This document shows, piece by piece, positions 1 to 10,635 of a stretch of 64,000 nt of DNA; within the stretch, counting starts at the first letter, position 1, and every line of letters starts with the position of its first letter. This DNA is from a virus. Lineage: Duplodnaviria; Caudoviricetes. A program made the position numbers and the translations under genes. Where the stretch lies: positions 88,103 through 152,102 of IMG/VR virus record IMGVR_UViG_3300035517_000383; one strand, written 5' to 3'. Below the pieces are notes generated by a model, which made no database searches, was not told the origin of the DNA, and saw only the letters and a program-made list of their open reading frames with translations.

Positions 1-2
1 AC

Positions 3-1997
3 GGAAAAGAAAAGACCTTAAGAGAAATTTACGAGGAAGCAATTGGAGTCTATAATATCGAAAGAGATAGTGAAAAAATGTGGAAAATGCTTCACGAGCA
101 TAAGGTTCAAGCATTATTTCAAATGGAACAGCAGAGTGGAATAAAAGGTATCGAATTAACAAAACCAACTACAGTTGAGGAATTAGCGGCTATCAATTCG
201 GTAATGAGACTTATGCCGCCAGAGAAAGGAGCAGAACAACCACTTGATACTTTCGCAAAGAGAAAGAAAGATTCTACAATTTGGGAAAAAGAAATGATTA
301 GTTATGGACTTAATAACCATGAAAGACAATGGTTACATAGTTGGCTTGATACAAGTTATGGAATTTGTGAAACACAGGAAACTATGATGAGTATGTTACA
401 GGATAAGGAAATTGGTGGACATTCATTACTTTTTGCAGATAGAGTTCGTAAAGCTGTGGCAAAGAAAAAGCCAAAGGAATTCCTTGAATGTCAGGCCGAA
501 TATTATCAAACAGCAAAAGAACAAGGATTAAGTGAAAAACTCACTCATTATTGTTGGGATGTTATTTTTAGTAGTAGTAGAGGATATTCATTCTGTATGG
601 CTCATACACTTGCTTATTCAATTGTTGGTCTACAAGAACTAAATCTTGCATATAAATACCCTATTATTTTTTGGAATACAGCTAATTTGATAGTGGATTC
701 TGGCTCAATGAATTTATCTCAAGAATTTAATTTTGACGAAGATAATGAGGATGAAAAAATTGAAAATTCTTCTGCTGATTATGGACGTATTGCTGCGGCG
801 ATAGGTAAAATGAAAAGTAGTGGTATTAAATTTACCCTTCCTGATATTAATGAATCTGATATTACCTATTCACCAAATGTAGAAAAAGATATGATTATTT
901 GTGGGCTTCGTGGTCTTACGAGAATTGGTAATCAACTTATTTATGATATTATCAAAAATAGACCTTATACTTCAGTTGAAGATTTTTTGAACAAGGTTAA
1001 AGTCAATAAAGTTCAAATGATTTCTCTTATTAAATCTGGTGCATTTGACTCTCTTTATAATGGTAATAGAAAAGAAGCAATGCAAATATATCTTGAACTT
1101 ATTGCAGACAAAAAGAAAAGAATCACTCTCCAGAATATGCAAATGCTTATTAACAAGAATATGATTCCAGAAGAGCTAAATTTTGAAAAAAAACTTTTTA
1201 ACTTTAATAAGTATTTGAAACAATTTAAAGAAGGAAATTATTATAGACTTGATAAGATTGCGATGAAGTTTTTTATTGAAAATTATGACGAAAATATTCT
1301 TGAAAATGTTGAAATTAATAATGAAGAAATGACTGCATTAATTAAACAAAGTATTTGGGATAATACCTATAAGAAAGGAATGGATGCAGTAAGAACATGG
1401 ATGAAAGCGAATCATAATATAATTCTAGATGCTCTTAACCAGTCATTACTTGATGATGTTGCTGAAAAATATACAGAGGGTAGTATTTCTAAATGGGAAA
1501 TGGATAGTCTTAATTTTTATTATCATGAACATGAACTTGCTTCTCTTAAAAATATAGCTTATGGTATTGTTGAATATACAAATTTACCAGATGAGCCAAT
1601 AATTGATAGAGAATTTACAACGAAAGATGGACATGAAGTTGTTATTTATGAAATTAATAGAATTGCAGGAACTGTTATTGATAAAGATAAAAATAAAGGT
1701 ATTGTAACTTTATTGACAACCTCTGGCGTTGTTACAGTTAAAGTTTGGAAATCACAGTTCTCTATATGGGATAAACAAATTTCAGCAAAGGATACAGATG
1801 GAACAAAACACGTTTTGGAAAAGTCTTGGTTTTCGAGAGGTACAAAATTAATTATCACTGGGATAAAAAGGGACGATACATTCATTCCTAAAAAATACAA
1901 AAATACAGAATGGCCGCTCTTTGAGAAAATTGAAGAAATTGATGAGAATGGATATATAACCAAATCATCAACAGAAAGAATTGAAATTGAAGAGTAA
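3..1997 (+). CDS. dnaE: DNA polymerase III alpha subunit (C-terminal part, 5' truncated by window edge)
   Basis: Frame is open from nt 3. DnaE motifs: YGICETQE, ADRVRKAVAKKK, GYSFCMAH..AY, LPDINES, GLRGL..IG, LIKSGAFD, C-terminal OB fold. No in-frame TAG in about 660 codons. Confidence 0.9.
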   Translation, partial: GKEKTLREIYEEAIGVYNIERDSEKMWKMLHEHKVQALFQMEQQSGIKGIELTKPTTVEELAAINSVMRLMPPEKGAEQPLDTFAKRKKDSTIWEKEMISYGLNNHERQWLHSWLDTSYGICETQETMMSMLQDKEIGGHSLLFADRVRKAVAKKKPKEFLECQAEYYQTAKEQGLSEKLTHYCWDVIFSSSRGYSFCMAHTLAYSIVGLQELNLAYKYPIIFWNTANLIVDSGSMNLSQEFNFDEDNEDEKIENSSADYGRIAAAIGKMKSSGIKFTLPDINESDITYSPNVEKDMIICGLRGLTRIGNQLIYDIIKNRPYTSVEDFLNKVKVNKVQMISLIKSGAFDSLYNGNRKEAMQIYLELIADKKKRITLQNMQMLINKNMIPEELNFEKKLFNFNKYLKQFKEGNYYRLDKIAMKFFIENYDENILENVEINNEEMTALIKQSIWDNTYKKGMDAVRTWMKANHNIILDALNQSLLDDVAEKYTEGSISKWEMDSLNFYYHEHELASLKNIAYGIVEYTNLPDEPIIDREFTTKDGHEVVIYEINRIAGTVIDKDKNKGIVTLLTTSGVVTVKVWKSQFSIWDKQISAKDTDGTKHVLEKSWFSRGTKLIITGIKRDDTFIPKKYKNTEWPLFEKIEEIDENGYITKSSTERIEIEE

Positions 1998-2010
1998 AGG
2001 GAGGAATTAA

Positions 2011-2928
2011 ATGGCTTCAATAGGAATAGTAGATTTAGACCTTTGGTCTAATATTAAATCATTTCCCAATTTAGAATTAATGAAAGTTTATAATTATTAT
2101 TATAATAAAAACAATATAGTTAGAATGGTGCGGCCAACTGACCCATTAACAACTTTTACTCATATTTACTTTTTTAAAGAAAATCCTAATACATCAATTT
2201 CAAAAAAAATTAATATGAGAATGGATAATAAAACTCTATATGGATATGGTTTCTATAAGAAATTTTTTCCTTTAAAAAATGAAATAAGCGAGGTGCCGCC
2301 GAGGTATCTCCCTTATGATTCTTTTGTGGAACGATTAGCTAATACAAAATCTTATGATACAATGAAACAGAGTTCCTATATAAGAGTGGAAAATAAGGAT
2401 TTTACAGACTATAAACCTGATAGAACAAATATTTATATTGCGGATTATGATTTTATTCATTTACAAGAATCTTTAGATTTTCTTTAGGAATATAAAAAGC
2501 ATAATTTTAAATTCACTCATGGGTTAAAAATTGATAACGAAATCCTTTATAATCAATTTATTAGATATAGTAATCTATTTGATAGAAGATTATATATTAC
2601 TTTTAATTACTCTAAGGACTTTTTATTAGAAAATTATTATGAGAATATAGTGCTAAACATTAACAAGCCCCTAAATGAAATAATACAAATTATTTTATTC
2701 TTAAAAAGTAAAGAAAATAGTAAGGCTATTCTAGAAAAAGTAAGTAATATTAATCAATTATAGGATTATGTCATTAAATGGGGTTATGCCGCGGCAAGAG
2801 AATCTTACTATGAATATTATAAGAAAAACAGGAACGCAATAAATCTTGCTGAAAAAAGTGACAGTAATATACGTCTACTTTTAAAGACAAAACCTAAAAA
2901 CTATAAATCCTCAAATATTGACTTTTAA
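2011..2928 (+). CDS. hypothetical protein, 305 aa reading through 2 TAG; N-terminus resembles the IGLxDxD..FPNLxLMK radical-SAM-associated family
   Basis: GGAGG RBS. Frame stays open past TAG at 2485 and 2761 to TAA 2926-2928. No Cys seen in the translation. Confidence 0.65.
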
Positions 2929-2946
2929 GATAAATTATGGTATAAT
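2918..2946 (+). promoter_or_regulatory. sigmaA/sigma70-type promoter with extended -10
   Basis: TTGACT-17 nt-TATAAT with TG at -15/-14, upstream of GAGGAGG RBS. Confidence 0.85.
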
Positions 2947-2977
2947 TATAATACAAAATAAAGAGGAGGGGAAGATA

Positions 2978-3181
2978 ATGGAAAAAGATGTTTTAACTCA
3001 AATTTCTGAAAGATATGAAACATTGTGTTTTTCTTTAGAAAGAAAACACTCAGAATTAGAGCAACTGAAAGTTGATATTTTTACACATAACCCTAAATTT
3101 CAAAAATTAATTACAGAAATTACGCAATTAGAAAATGAGAAAAATGATTTGGAGGATTTAATGAATGGAAGAAAAGATTAA
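2978..3181 (+). CDS. small coiled-coil hypothetical protein (67 aa)
   Basis: RBS GAGGAGGG then ATG 2978; heptad-like L/E/K pattern. Confidence 0.7.
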   Translation: MEKDVLTQISERYETLCFSLERKHSELEQLKVDIFTHNPKFQKLITEITQLENEKNDLEDLMNGRKD

Positions 3182-3914
3182 TCAACAAGACATAATATCA
3201 ATTTATAATGAAGATGGAACACTAAAAACTAAAGAAGAGTTTCTTAATCTTGTTGGACAAACCTATGATGTAATGCTAGAGGAAGAAAGTAAAAATATAG
3301 ATATTTTTGAAGAACTTACTAATTCTGAAAATCATATAGATGTAGAACAAACTCTTGAAACTTTTGATTTTATTGAACGTTCAATTTTTATTCAGGCAGA
3401 AATTACTCCAGACCATGCAAATCAAGTTTTTGAATTAATTAAATTTTGGAATAAAATTGATTCAGTCAATCAAACCCCAGTTGAAGAAAGAATTCCAATA
3501 AAAATTTATATTAATACACCAGGTGGCGACCTTAATGCAGTATTTAGTATAATTAGTTCTATTAAAATTTCTCAAACACCAGTTCATACAATTACAATTG
3601 GTACTGGATATAGCGGTGGATTCTTTATTGGAATTTGCGGTCATAAAAGATTTGCTTATCCTTATAGTTCGTTCCTTTTTCATGAAGGATGCTCAGCAAA
3701 CGAAGGTGACGCACATAAGTTTATTCAGAATGCAGAGTTCTATAAAACTCAATTATCTATTTTAAAAAAGATTACAATTGATAATACAAAGATTAAAGAA
3801 ACAAAATATGACAAACATCGCAAAGATGACTGGTATTTTGATGCTGAGGAAGCTTTAAAATATGGAGTCATTGATGAAATTATTACAAATTTTGATAAAC
3901 AAGGAGAGATATAA
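3165..3914 (+). CDS. clpP: ClpP-like serine protease
   Basis: IYINTPGG, catalytic Ser (GYSGG), His (FLFHEG), Asp (KDDWYFDAEEALKYGVIDEII). Confidence 0.85.
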   Translation: MEEKINQQDIISIYNEDGTLKTKEEFLNLVGQTYDVMLEEESKNIDIFEELTNSENHIDVEQTLETFDFIERSIFIQAEITPDHANQVFELIKFWNKIDSVNQTPVEERIPIKIYINTPGGDLNAVFSIISSIKISQTPVHTITIGTGYSGGFFIGICGHKRFAYPYSSFLFHEGCSANEGDAHKFIQNAEFYKTQLSILKKITIDNTKIKETKYDKHRKDDWYFDAEEALKYGVIDEIITNFDKQGEI

Positions 3915-3916
3915 GA

Positions 3917-4711
3917 ATGAAGAATGAAATTAGAGATACTTTTAAAAAGATAGCTAGCACATCTGGTAGTGATGGTACTATAGAACAGTTTATGGCAATT
4001 CTGGATTTACCAGATGAAAAATTTGATAGTGTTTATCCAACTTTTAAAGAAAAACTTTCAGAGATTTTTGAATCAAGTTCTTTTCAGAAAGAAGTTCTAG
4101 ATAATATTAATATGAACCCCAATATTAATATTGAAGAAGAGAGCGCAGCGATAAAGGAATTTATTGCGGAAATTAAAGCTGATGATTCATTGTCAGACAA
4201 TAAGAAAGATATGTTGATTACTTTAATTGATAAATCTCTTCTTTCTGTTTATGAACTCGTTAAAAACCCTAGAGAACGTATTTCAGTTAAGATTCAGAAG
4301 ATTAGTGAAGATGCAGTTATTCCTACTTATGCTCATGATTCTGATGCTGGCTGTGATGTTTATGCAATTGAAGAAACAGTTCTTAAGCCTCATGAAACAG
4401 TCCTTGTTAAAACGGGTATTAAAGTTGGTATTCCTCTCGGCTACGAGTTGCAGCTAAGACCTCGCAGTGGAACAAGTTTAAAAACAAATATAAGAATTGC
4501 AAATACACCGGGCACCATTGATGCTAACTATCGTGGAGAGGTTGGCGTTATCTGTACTAATACTGGTAATCTCTCTTATACAATTAACAAGGGAGATAAA
4601 ATTGCTCAGATGATTATTGCTAAGTCACCTATGATTAAGTGGGAGGAAGTTACTGAACTTGATGAAACAGATAGAGCAGAAAATGGTTTTGGTAGTTCAG
4701 ATAATAAGTAA
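3917..4711 (+). CDS. dut: trimeric dUTPase with about 120-aa N-terminal extension
   Basis: Motifs AGCDV, RPRSG, PGTIDANYRGE, IAQM, RAENGFGSS. Confidence 0.92.
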   Translation: MKNEIRDTFKKIASTSGSDGTIEQFMAILDLPDEKFDSVYPTFKEKLSEIFESSSFQKEVLDNINMNPNINIEEESAAIKEFIAEIKADDSLSDNKKDMLITLIDKSLLSVYELVKNPRERISVKIQKISEDAVIPTYAHDSDAGCDVYAIEETVLKPHETVLVKTGIKVGIPLGYELQLRPRSGTSLKTNIRIANTPGTIDANYRGEVGVICTNTGNLSYTINKGDKIAQMIIAKSPMIKWEEVTELDETDRAENGFGSSDNK

Positions 4712-4713
4712 TT

Positions 4714-5439
4714 ATGGCAAACAAAATTAAATTTGAAGATGTAAAATAGGATATAGAGAAAAATGGTTGGCTATTAAAGTCAACCGAATATCTTAATTTA
4801 AAAACAGATTTATTGGTTGAATGTCCAGAAGGTCATGAATGTCATGTATCCTATGAGAAGTGGCGGCGAAAGAACTATGAGTGTCCAACTTGTAAAAACA
4901 ATCCTTATGCCCATAGTGATAATATTGTAGTAAAGAAAACTGGTTTTAGAATTCTTGCTTTAGATTAGGCATCAATTACAAGTGGTTGGGCAATATTTGA
5001 TGATGGAAAATTAATTAAATTTGGTAAATGGACCTCAGATGGAAATAAAAGTACAGAAAGAATTGCAAAGACTAAATACTGGGTAGCCTCTATGATTGAT
5101 AAATGGAGGCCAGACCAAGTAGTACTTGAAGACATATAGCTTCAAAAGTTTGATAGTGGACAAGAAGGTGTTACTACTTTTAAGAAACTTGCTCATTTAC
5201 AGGGGGTTTTAAAAAATTATTTCTATGAATTGGGCTTACCTTATAAAGTCGTGCCGCCGTCAACATGGAGAGCTTTTAGTGAGATTAAAGGAAAAACTCG
5301 TTCAGATAAAAAGAAAAACGCTCAAATTAAAGTTAAGCGTTTTTATGATATAAGTGTAGACAATGATACAGCAGATGCAATTCTAATAGGTCACTGGGCA
5401 GTGCATGATAATGAAAGCAATAAAATAATTGAATTTTAA
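4714..5439 (+). CDS. ruvC: RuvC-like Holliday junction resolvase with N-terminal Zn-ribbon, reading through 3 TAG
   Basis: ATG 4714. CPEGH..CPTC, then ILALD*ASITSGWAIF, VVLEDI*LQ, PSTWR, DTADAILIG. TAG at 4747, 4966, 5137. Confidence 0.85.
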
Positions 5440-5471
5440 AAAGGGAGCAGAATAATCTGTTCCCTTTTCTT
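5439..5471. terminator. bidirectional intrinsic terminator between convergent modules
   Basis: AAAGGGAGCAGA-ATAA-TCTGTTCCCTTT hairpin flanked by A and T tracts. Confidence 0.75.
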
Positions 5472-5825
5472 TTACATTGATTTTAATTTGTCTATATGTC
5501 TTTTAATTATATCCTTTTCAGCACGAGTGCCAGTATAATTATAAAGTTCATAAATTAATTTATCTATATGGTCCATAATTTTATTAATCTGCTCATCTTG
5601 ACTTTCAGTTAAAAAATGTTCGCCATGAACTTCTTCTGATTCTACCCAATCTTCATATTTCTTAGCCTTAACTTCATAATAATGGGCCTCTTTAATATCT
5701 TTATAAATATCTATTAGTTTATAGGTAGTATCAAGATTAGAAGATGTTAAACCTTTATCCCCAATGTTTTCGAGTTCCTTACAAACTCTTTCTTCAAGTC
5801 TCTGCATTAGTCTCATCTCCTTCAT
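5472..5825 (-). CDS. helical hypothetical protein (cassette gene 5); true start may be ATG 5807
   Basis: Open ORF, AAGGAG RBS, overlaps the end of the upstream gene. Confidence 0.7.
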   Translation of the reverse strand: MKEMRLMQRLEERVCKELENIGDKGLTSSNLDTTYKLIDIYKDIKEAHYYEVKAKKYEDWVESEEVHGEHFLTESQDEQINKIMDHIDKLIYELYNYTGTRAEKDIIKRHIDKLKSM

Positions 5826-6219
5826 TATCTACTTTTGCAGTTGTAGTAGTTATTGGTAATGCTGCGGCCGCACCGCACATGGAACAATTTGATGTCCCCA
5901 GCATTTTAAAAACTCCAGACTAAATATTAGTATGAACTCTTACAGAATATCTTGTACGGCTATGAATTTGGCAAGCTTTCACATTCGTACAATCATTATT
6001 TACTAATGGATATGCTGTAGTACCAGTTCCTATTGTAATAACTGCATTTGCGGCGATAGTTGTAGTTAATGGAATTGACTACCCAACAACTATACAGTAT
6101 TTTTCATTATTCCCATAACTACCAGCTGGAATATTAATAATCAATTGACCATTGGAATAAGTAACACTTTGCGAAATAATTAAATGCTCACAAAGGCATT
6201 TAGTAGCTGAGCAACTCAT
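5794..6219 (-). CDS. Cys-rich beta-strand protein (cassette gene 4), 141 aa, 2 TAG
   Basis: MSCSATKCLCEHLIISQSV...GSYGNNEKYCIVVG*SIP...YPLVNNDC...RTRYSV. TAG at 6079 and 5920; ends TGA. Absent from the ORF track. Confidence 0.75.
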
Positions 6220-6229
6220 AAAGCATCAC

Positions 6230-7397
6230 TTAGCAGCAGCCGCAAGAATTTCCATTTGTAGGGAATACTCCGCCAAGGGGAATTGATTGATACGGTGAGG
6301 TTACTAGGTATGAAGGCTAAGGTGTGGGTTGAAGAGCATTTATAATATTACTTGTTTGTGAAAGTTGTGACAACTGGAAATTAGCGGACTGTAATTGAGT
6401 TCTTAAATTATCCATTTCAGACTGAACCATATGATTAATAATTCTATCTGTATTAGCATCTGCATTAGTCTTTAATTCACAAGCGGCCTGTGCAATAGCA
6501 TAATTAAGTTTTTCTTGTCCGTTCTGAACGCCGCAGAATCCAGACTGCATTTGAGATTGAATATTATTGAATGCGCTCTGATTATTGAAATTAGACTGCA
6601 TAATTGACTCTCTTGTCTCGCAGCAACAATCTTTCATGTTGTAGTTTGTATTAGCAATCGCACTTTGAATGTTGTCAAAACCGCAATTTAGTGACTGCTG
6701 AATTCCATTGACTCCAGAATTTACTGCGTTCTGTAATGCGAAATTATTTTGCATTGCATTAATTTCACTATTATAAGAATTTGCTTGTATCTGCGAACCA
6801 ATATTAGCAAGTTCTCCACTCATAGCATAGAAGCCTTGACATAAACCATTTTGTGCACCTCTAATGCTATTATTAAGACTATTGAAATTAAAGGCATCTG
6901 TCATGCCTTGCTGAGTTGCTGGTGTGCAACAAGCATTATATCCATTATTTTCATTGTTAGGAATTATTACTGTATTTGGACCACCGTTTCCACCACGATT
7001 TCCGTTCCATCCTCCTACTGCAAAGAAAAGAATTAATATAATCACCCCAATATGTTATCATATAAGCTTTTTATCTTATATTTCTATTACTTTCTATTCG
7101 TAATAGTTCAGCATAACTTTTCAACTATTTTTAATTAAATAGTGCCGCGGCCTCGTGGAAACATTATATCTTTTCAGTTTCTATGCGTTGCCCCTGACTT
7201 AACTTTGTTAAGTCTTCGGTTCGGATTAGCATTTCAGCCTTCCCGTTTAATTCCGCGGTTATTCAATATAAGTTACCTTATAAGGTGGCAGGAGTCTACC
7301 ATGCGCCACTGGCACCGCCAAAAGTATCATTACTATTCTGTCCATTTTTGTTTTGCAATGCCAAAGCATCTGCTACTGTTAAACCATTTTCTCCCAT
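6230..7397 (-). CDS. Asn/Gln/Cys-rich protein with one TM helix (cassette gene 3); exons 7298-7397 and 6230-7047
   Basis: GGAGG RBS, ATG 7397. Splicing gives ...FGGASGAW/WVIILILFF. CCC motif. Reads through TAG 6317 to end CGCC-TAA. Confidence 0.8.
7048..7297 (-). mobile_element. ORF-less group I intron (250 nt)
   Basis: 5' exon ends in U, intron ends in G. P1 UGGU/GCCA; P7 GCAUA/UAUGC. Removal restores the frame. Confidence 0.8.
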
Positions 7398-7431
7398 AAA
7401 TAATACCTCCTAAATATTATTTTATTATTGT

Positions 7432-7671
7432 TTATTTAAACATAGACATAAATGAGTTAAATTCCTGACCAAAATTTAACCCCTGTTGTCCAAAATAGTT
7501 TTCTGCCATTTTATTAAGACTTGAAATATCACCATTCTAAGCTAACGAAACCATTTCATTAATAGTAGGGTCATTTATATTATTTTCTTTTATAATAGAC
7601 CTTACTAGCTGTTCTGGGTTCATACCTCCTTTTAATAATCCTATCAATTGCATTGGATTAACATTCATCAT
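7432..7671 (-). CDS. small NPMQ-type hypothetical protein (cassette gene 2), 79 aa, 1 TAG
   Basis: MMNVNPMQLIGLLKGGMNPEQLV...LA*NGD; overlaps stop of upstream gene. Confidence 0.75.
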
Positions 7672-8102
7672 AATGGAAATTCACCACCATTAGGTTTAAT
7701 ATTTTTTTGAAGCTCATTAATTTGAGACTCAATTTTTACAAAACGATTATTAAATTCTTCTAATTGAGAAGAAGTAAGATTACTTATTTCTTCATTTACT
7801 TGATTACTGTTCTCTTTGGGTATATTATTGTAAGGTTCAATTTTATATGCCCAGAATAGAGGATTACCATTCTACATAGATTTAATATACATCAATCCTT
7901 CATTCAAACATAAAGCAACAGATATTCCAGCACCAGTTGGTACATTAGCAACTTCTAAGGTTGAATTTATGTTATATACATTACCTTGTGGCTGAGGAAA
8001 TAAAGGTTGTACGTTTTGCTGCTAAGCTTGAAAATTATAATTTTGCTATTGCGGCACAGCGTTCTAGATTAGCTGTTGATTCGCGTTATAATTATAAGCC
8101 AT
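7668..8102 (-). CDS. Gln/Asn-rich hypothetical protein (cassette gene 1), 144 aa
   Basis: GAGGTG RBS. MAYNYNANQQLI*NAVPQ*QNYNFQA*QQNVQP...YIKSM*NG, with TAGs embedded in poly-Gln context. Confidence 0.78.
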
Positions 8103-8160
8103 TATTTATCACCTCGTTTTATCTTATACTTACAAGTGAAAAATAAAATAGATTTTAGAA

Positions 8161-8226
8161 AATAAAAAAGTGATATATAGAAGTTTTTCTCTGTTTTATA
8201 CAAAATTCTATATATCACTTTTATTA
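8161..8226. terminator. long inverted repeat, probable terminator
   Basis: AAAAGTGATATATAGAA ... TTCTATATATCACTTTT stem between the lysis genes and the cassette. Confidence 0.6.
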
Positions 8227-8244
8227 AATTTTTACAATTTTATT

Positions 8245-8622
8245 TTATTTTATAAAAGGCATTAATATTTCAAGTTCTTTTAATGTCAAACCTAATTCAT
8301 TTAATTCATCTGTTGAAAAATATATATCTGGCAAGGAAATATTAAGATTATTTAACTGATTAATTTCTTGATTACATAGGTCAATATATTCTTTCTATAT
8401 TTTACAGCCACCTTTGTCGTCAGTTATAATATTTCCATTATCATCTTTCTCAAAATAATTTTCAATATTTTTAAACAATACATCTTGATAGATTAATTCT
8501 TCTTGTTCTAATGCTTGTTTAATTTTTAAGAATTTATATTGAGTTTGAATATTAAATTTCTTATTAGATAATTTCTCTATAATATATAAAATTGAAGAAA
8601 TTTGGCTAGACTTTATTATCAT
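8245..8622 (-). CDS. hypothetical protein (125 aa, 1 TAG)
   Basis: Frame continues past TAG 8395 to ...LEILMPFIK-TAA. Confidence 0.7.
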
Positions 8623-8635
8623 ATAAAATCACCCC

Positions 8636-10624
8636 TTATTTTGTAATATTTTCGTTAAATGAATAATTATCACCAGTCCATCTATAGAACAAATATTTAC
8701 CACTTCCATTTTCTGGAGTTCCAGTATCTATATCTTTTGAGACATTATAATTAACACAAAAAGCAATTGGAAGTTTATTATAAAAGTTAGAATCTGAGTT
8801 ATTGTATCTTGGCATTTTTCCGCAGGCATCTAGAATAGCCTTTTGATAATTTTTACTAAGTTCGCTAAAATCATCATCTAAAAATAACTAAGGATATTTG
8901 ATGTTTTTATAAATTAGCTAAGCCTATTTTAATGACTAGTCATTACTTGCTGTCCACTATTTCCAAGTTCCTGAATTGTAAAATTGGTCATCATTAAGAT
9001 TATCGAACCACTGTGTCATATTGTCTCCTTTCCAGCGGCTTTCTGAAATCATTTTTGTTCTAATTAATTTTGAATAACTTATCTAAGCAGAAGAGGTAAA
9101 ACCAGAATACTCAGTATCAGTACAAATAGCTGTAGCATATCTTAAACCAATATTATTGTTTAATTCATTTATACTATTAGGATAATTACCCATCCAACTA
9201 TCACTTATTATTCCATTGTAATAAAATTGAATAATATTACTAGGAACACTATCTAAACTACTATCATTCTAATAAGAGGATAAGTCCTAACCTCCACCTA
9301 CAGACAAGGATGATTCAAGATTACAAGTAAATAGTTCAGGTGTTCCACTAAAAATTCCATAACAATAATTTAAAGAATTGTTCTCAATGACTGGTAGGCC
9401 GCTAGAAGAACTACTTGATGACGCAATTGTTTTATTTTTTAAACTATCCCAATTTGGTATTGAGTAGTTTCCATTTTGAACTAATTTAATTGTTGAAGAG
9501 GGGTCACTACTATTTGTTCTAAAATGAATATGTACATGAACAAAATAACCATCTACCCCTTCCGTATTACCACTCGCGCCAATACCCCCAATGATAGACC
9601 CTTTAGAAATAGAATCTCCTTCTTTCCATGTTTTTGAAAGAGAATATGTGGTATCTTCTGGATTGATTAAATGAGCATATACAATATAAAAATTATCATC
9701 AATTAATTCGTTATATTTTGTATTAGTACATTTAACAATAACATGATTACCTAATCCGCCATTTTGTCCTTTTTCTTCACTGGTTTTTGCGATTGATTCA
9801 CAACCATACTTCGCAGCAGTTATAATTCCATCAGTCATTGAATACACGGGAGAGCCAACGGCATCGTTTCCATTTGAATATGAAACATCTACTGCGCCGC
9901 CATGACTAACATAAGAAGTAACTTTAGCTGTGTTTCCATTTAAACCAAGTGGGTGACAAAAATAATTAAATAATTGTTGCATAAAATCTAAATTAGAATA
10001 ATCTATATCCACTTTTCCGTTAATACCAGTAATTGTCCCATCTTCTGATGCCTAGTGAATATCATAATTGTAACCTTGATAGCTTGACGTGTCTTCTATT
10101 GAACTGGTCCAGTTTGCTACCCAAAGTGAACAGCTATCTGCTATTGTTTTAAATTTGTCTGATTGATACCATTTATCTATATGAGATTGAGATGAATAAA
10201 GGCCAATAGAATAAGAGGTATTGCTGAACTATTCTTTGAAACTATTAAAGAGTTCTGCTATTGTATCTCCTTCAGAATTTATATGATTACTTTCTTCCAT
10301 ATCATAATAAATTGGTAATTCCAAAGTGACTTCATTCTCTCCCAATTCTGAGGCTAAGTCGTTTAAAGCCAATAAGCACTATTGTCCTTCTTTTACAGAC
10401 TCTTCTGTGCTTGTACTATAAGAATACCAATATATTCCAATTGGAATCCCCAAGTTTCTAAACCCCTTAAAATTAGTAATATATTTTTTATCTTTTGAAT
10501 TCTCATAGCCATATCCACAACGAATTATTACAAAATTGACATCATTTTTTGAAATTAAATTAAAATCAATACTTCCTTGATGTTCCGAAACATCAATTCC
10601 CATATATTTTAACTATTTTGACAT
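8636..10624 (-). CDS. peptidoglycan hydrolase: GH25 muramidase + M23 peptidase + C-terminal domain (662 aa, about 11 TAG)
   Basis: GIDVSEHQG, IIRCGYG, PIYYDMEE, LWVANW, DIH*ASEDG (GH25 WQY position); then HGGAVD, YAHL, HVHIH (M23). Single frame from ATG 10624 to TAA 8636. Confidence 0.85.
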
Positions 10625-10635
10625 TTTATCACCTC

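Noticed and set aside
3165-3914. ClpP as the prohead maturation protease
   Set aside because: It lies in the replication operon on the opposite strand, and a protease-scaffold gene sits between portal and capsid.
7142-7399. Similar + strand ORFs at 7142-7399 and 55243-55557 as a protein family
   Set aside because: They are antisense translations of two related intron cores.
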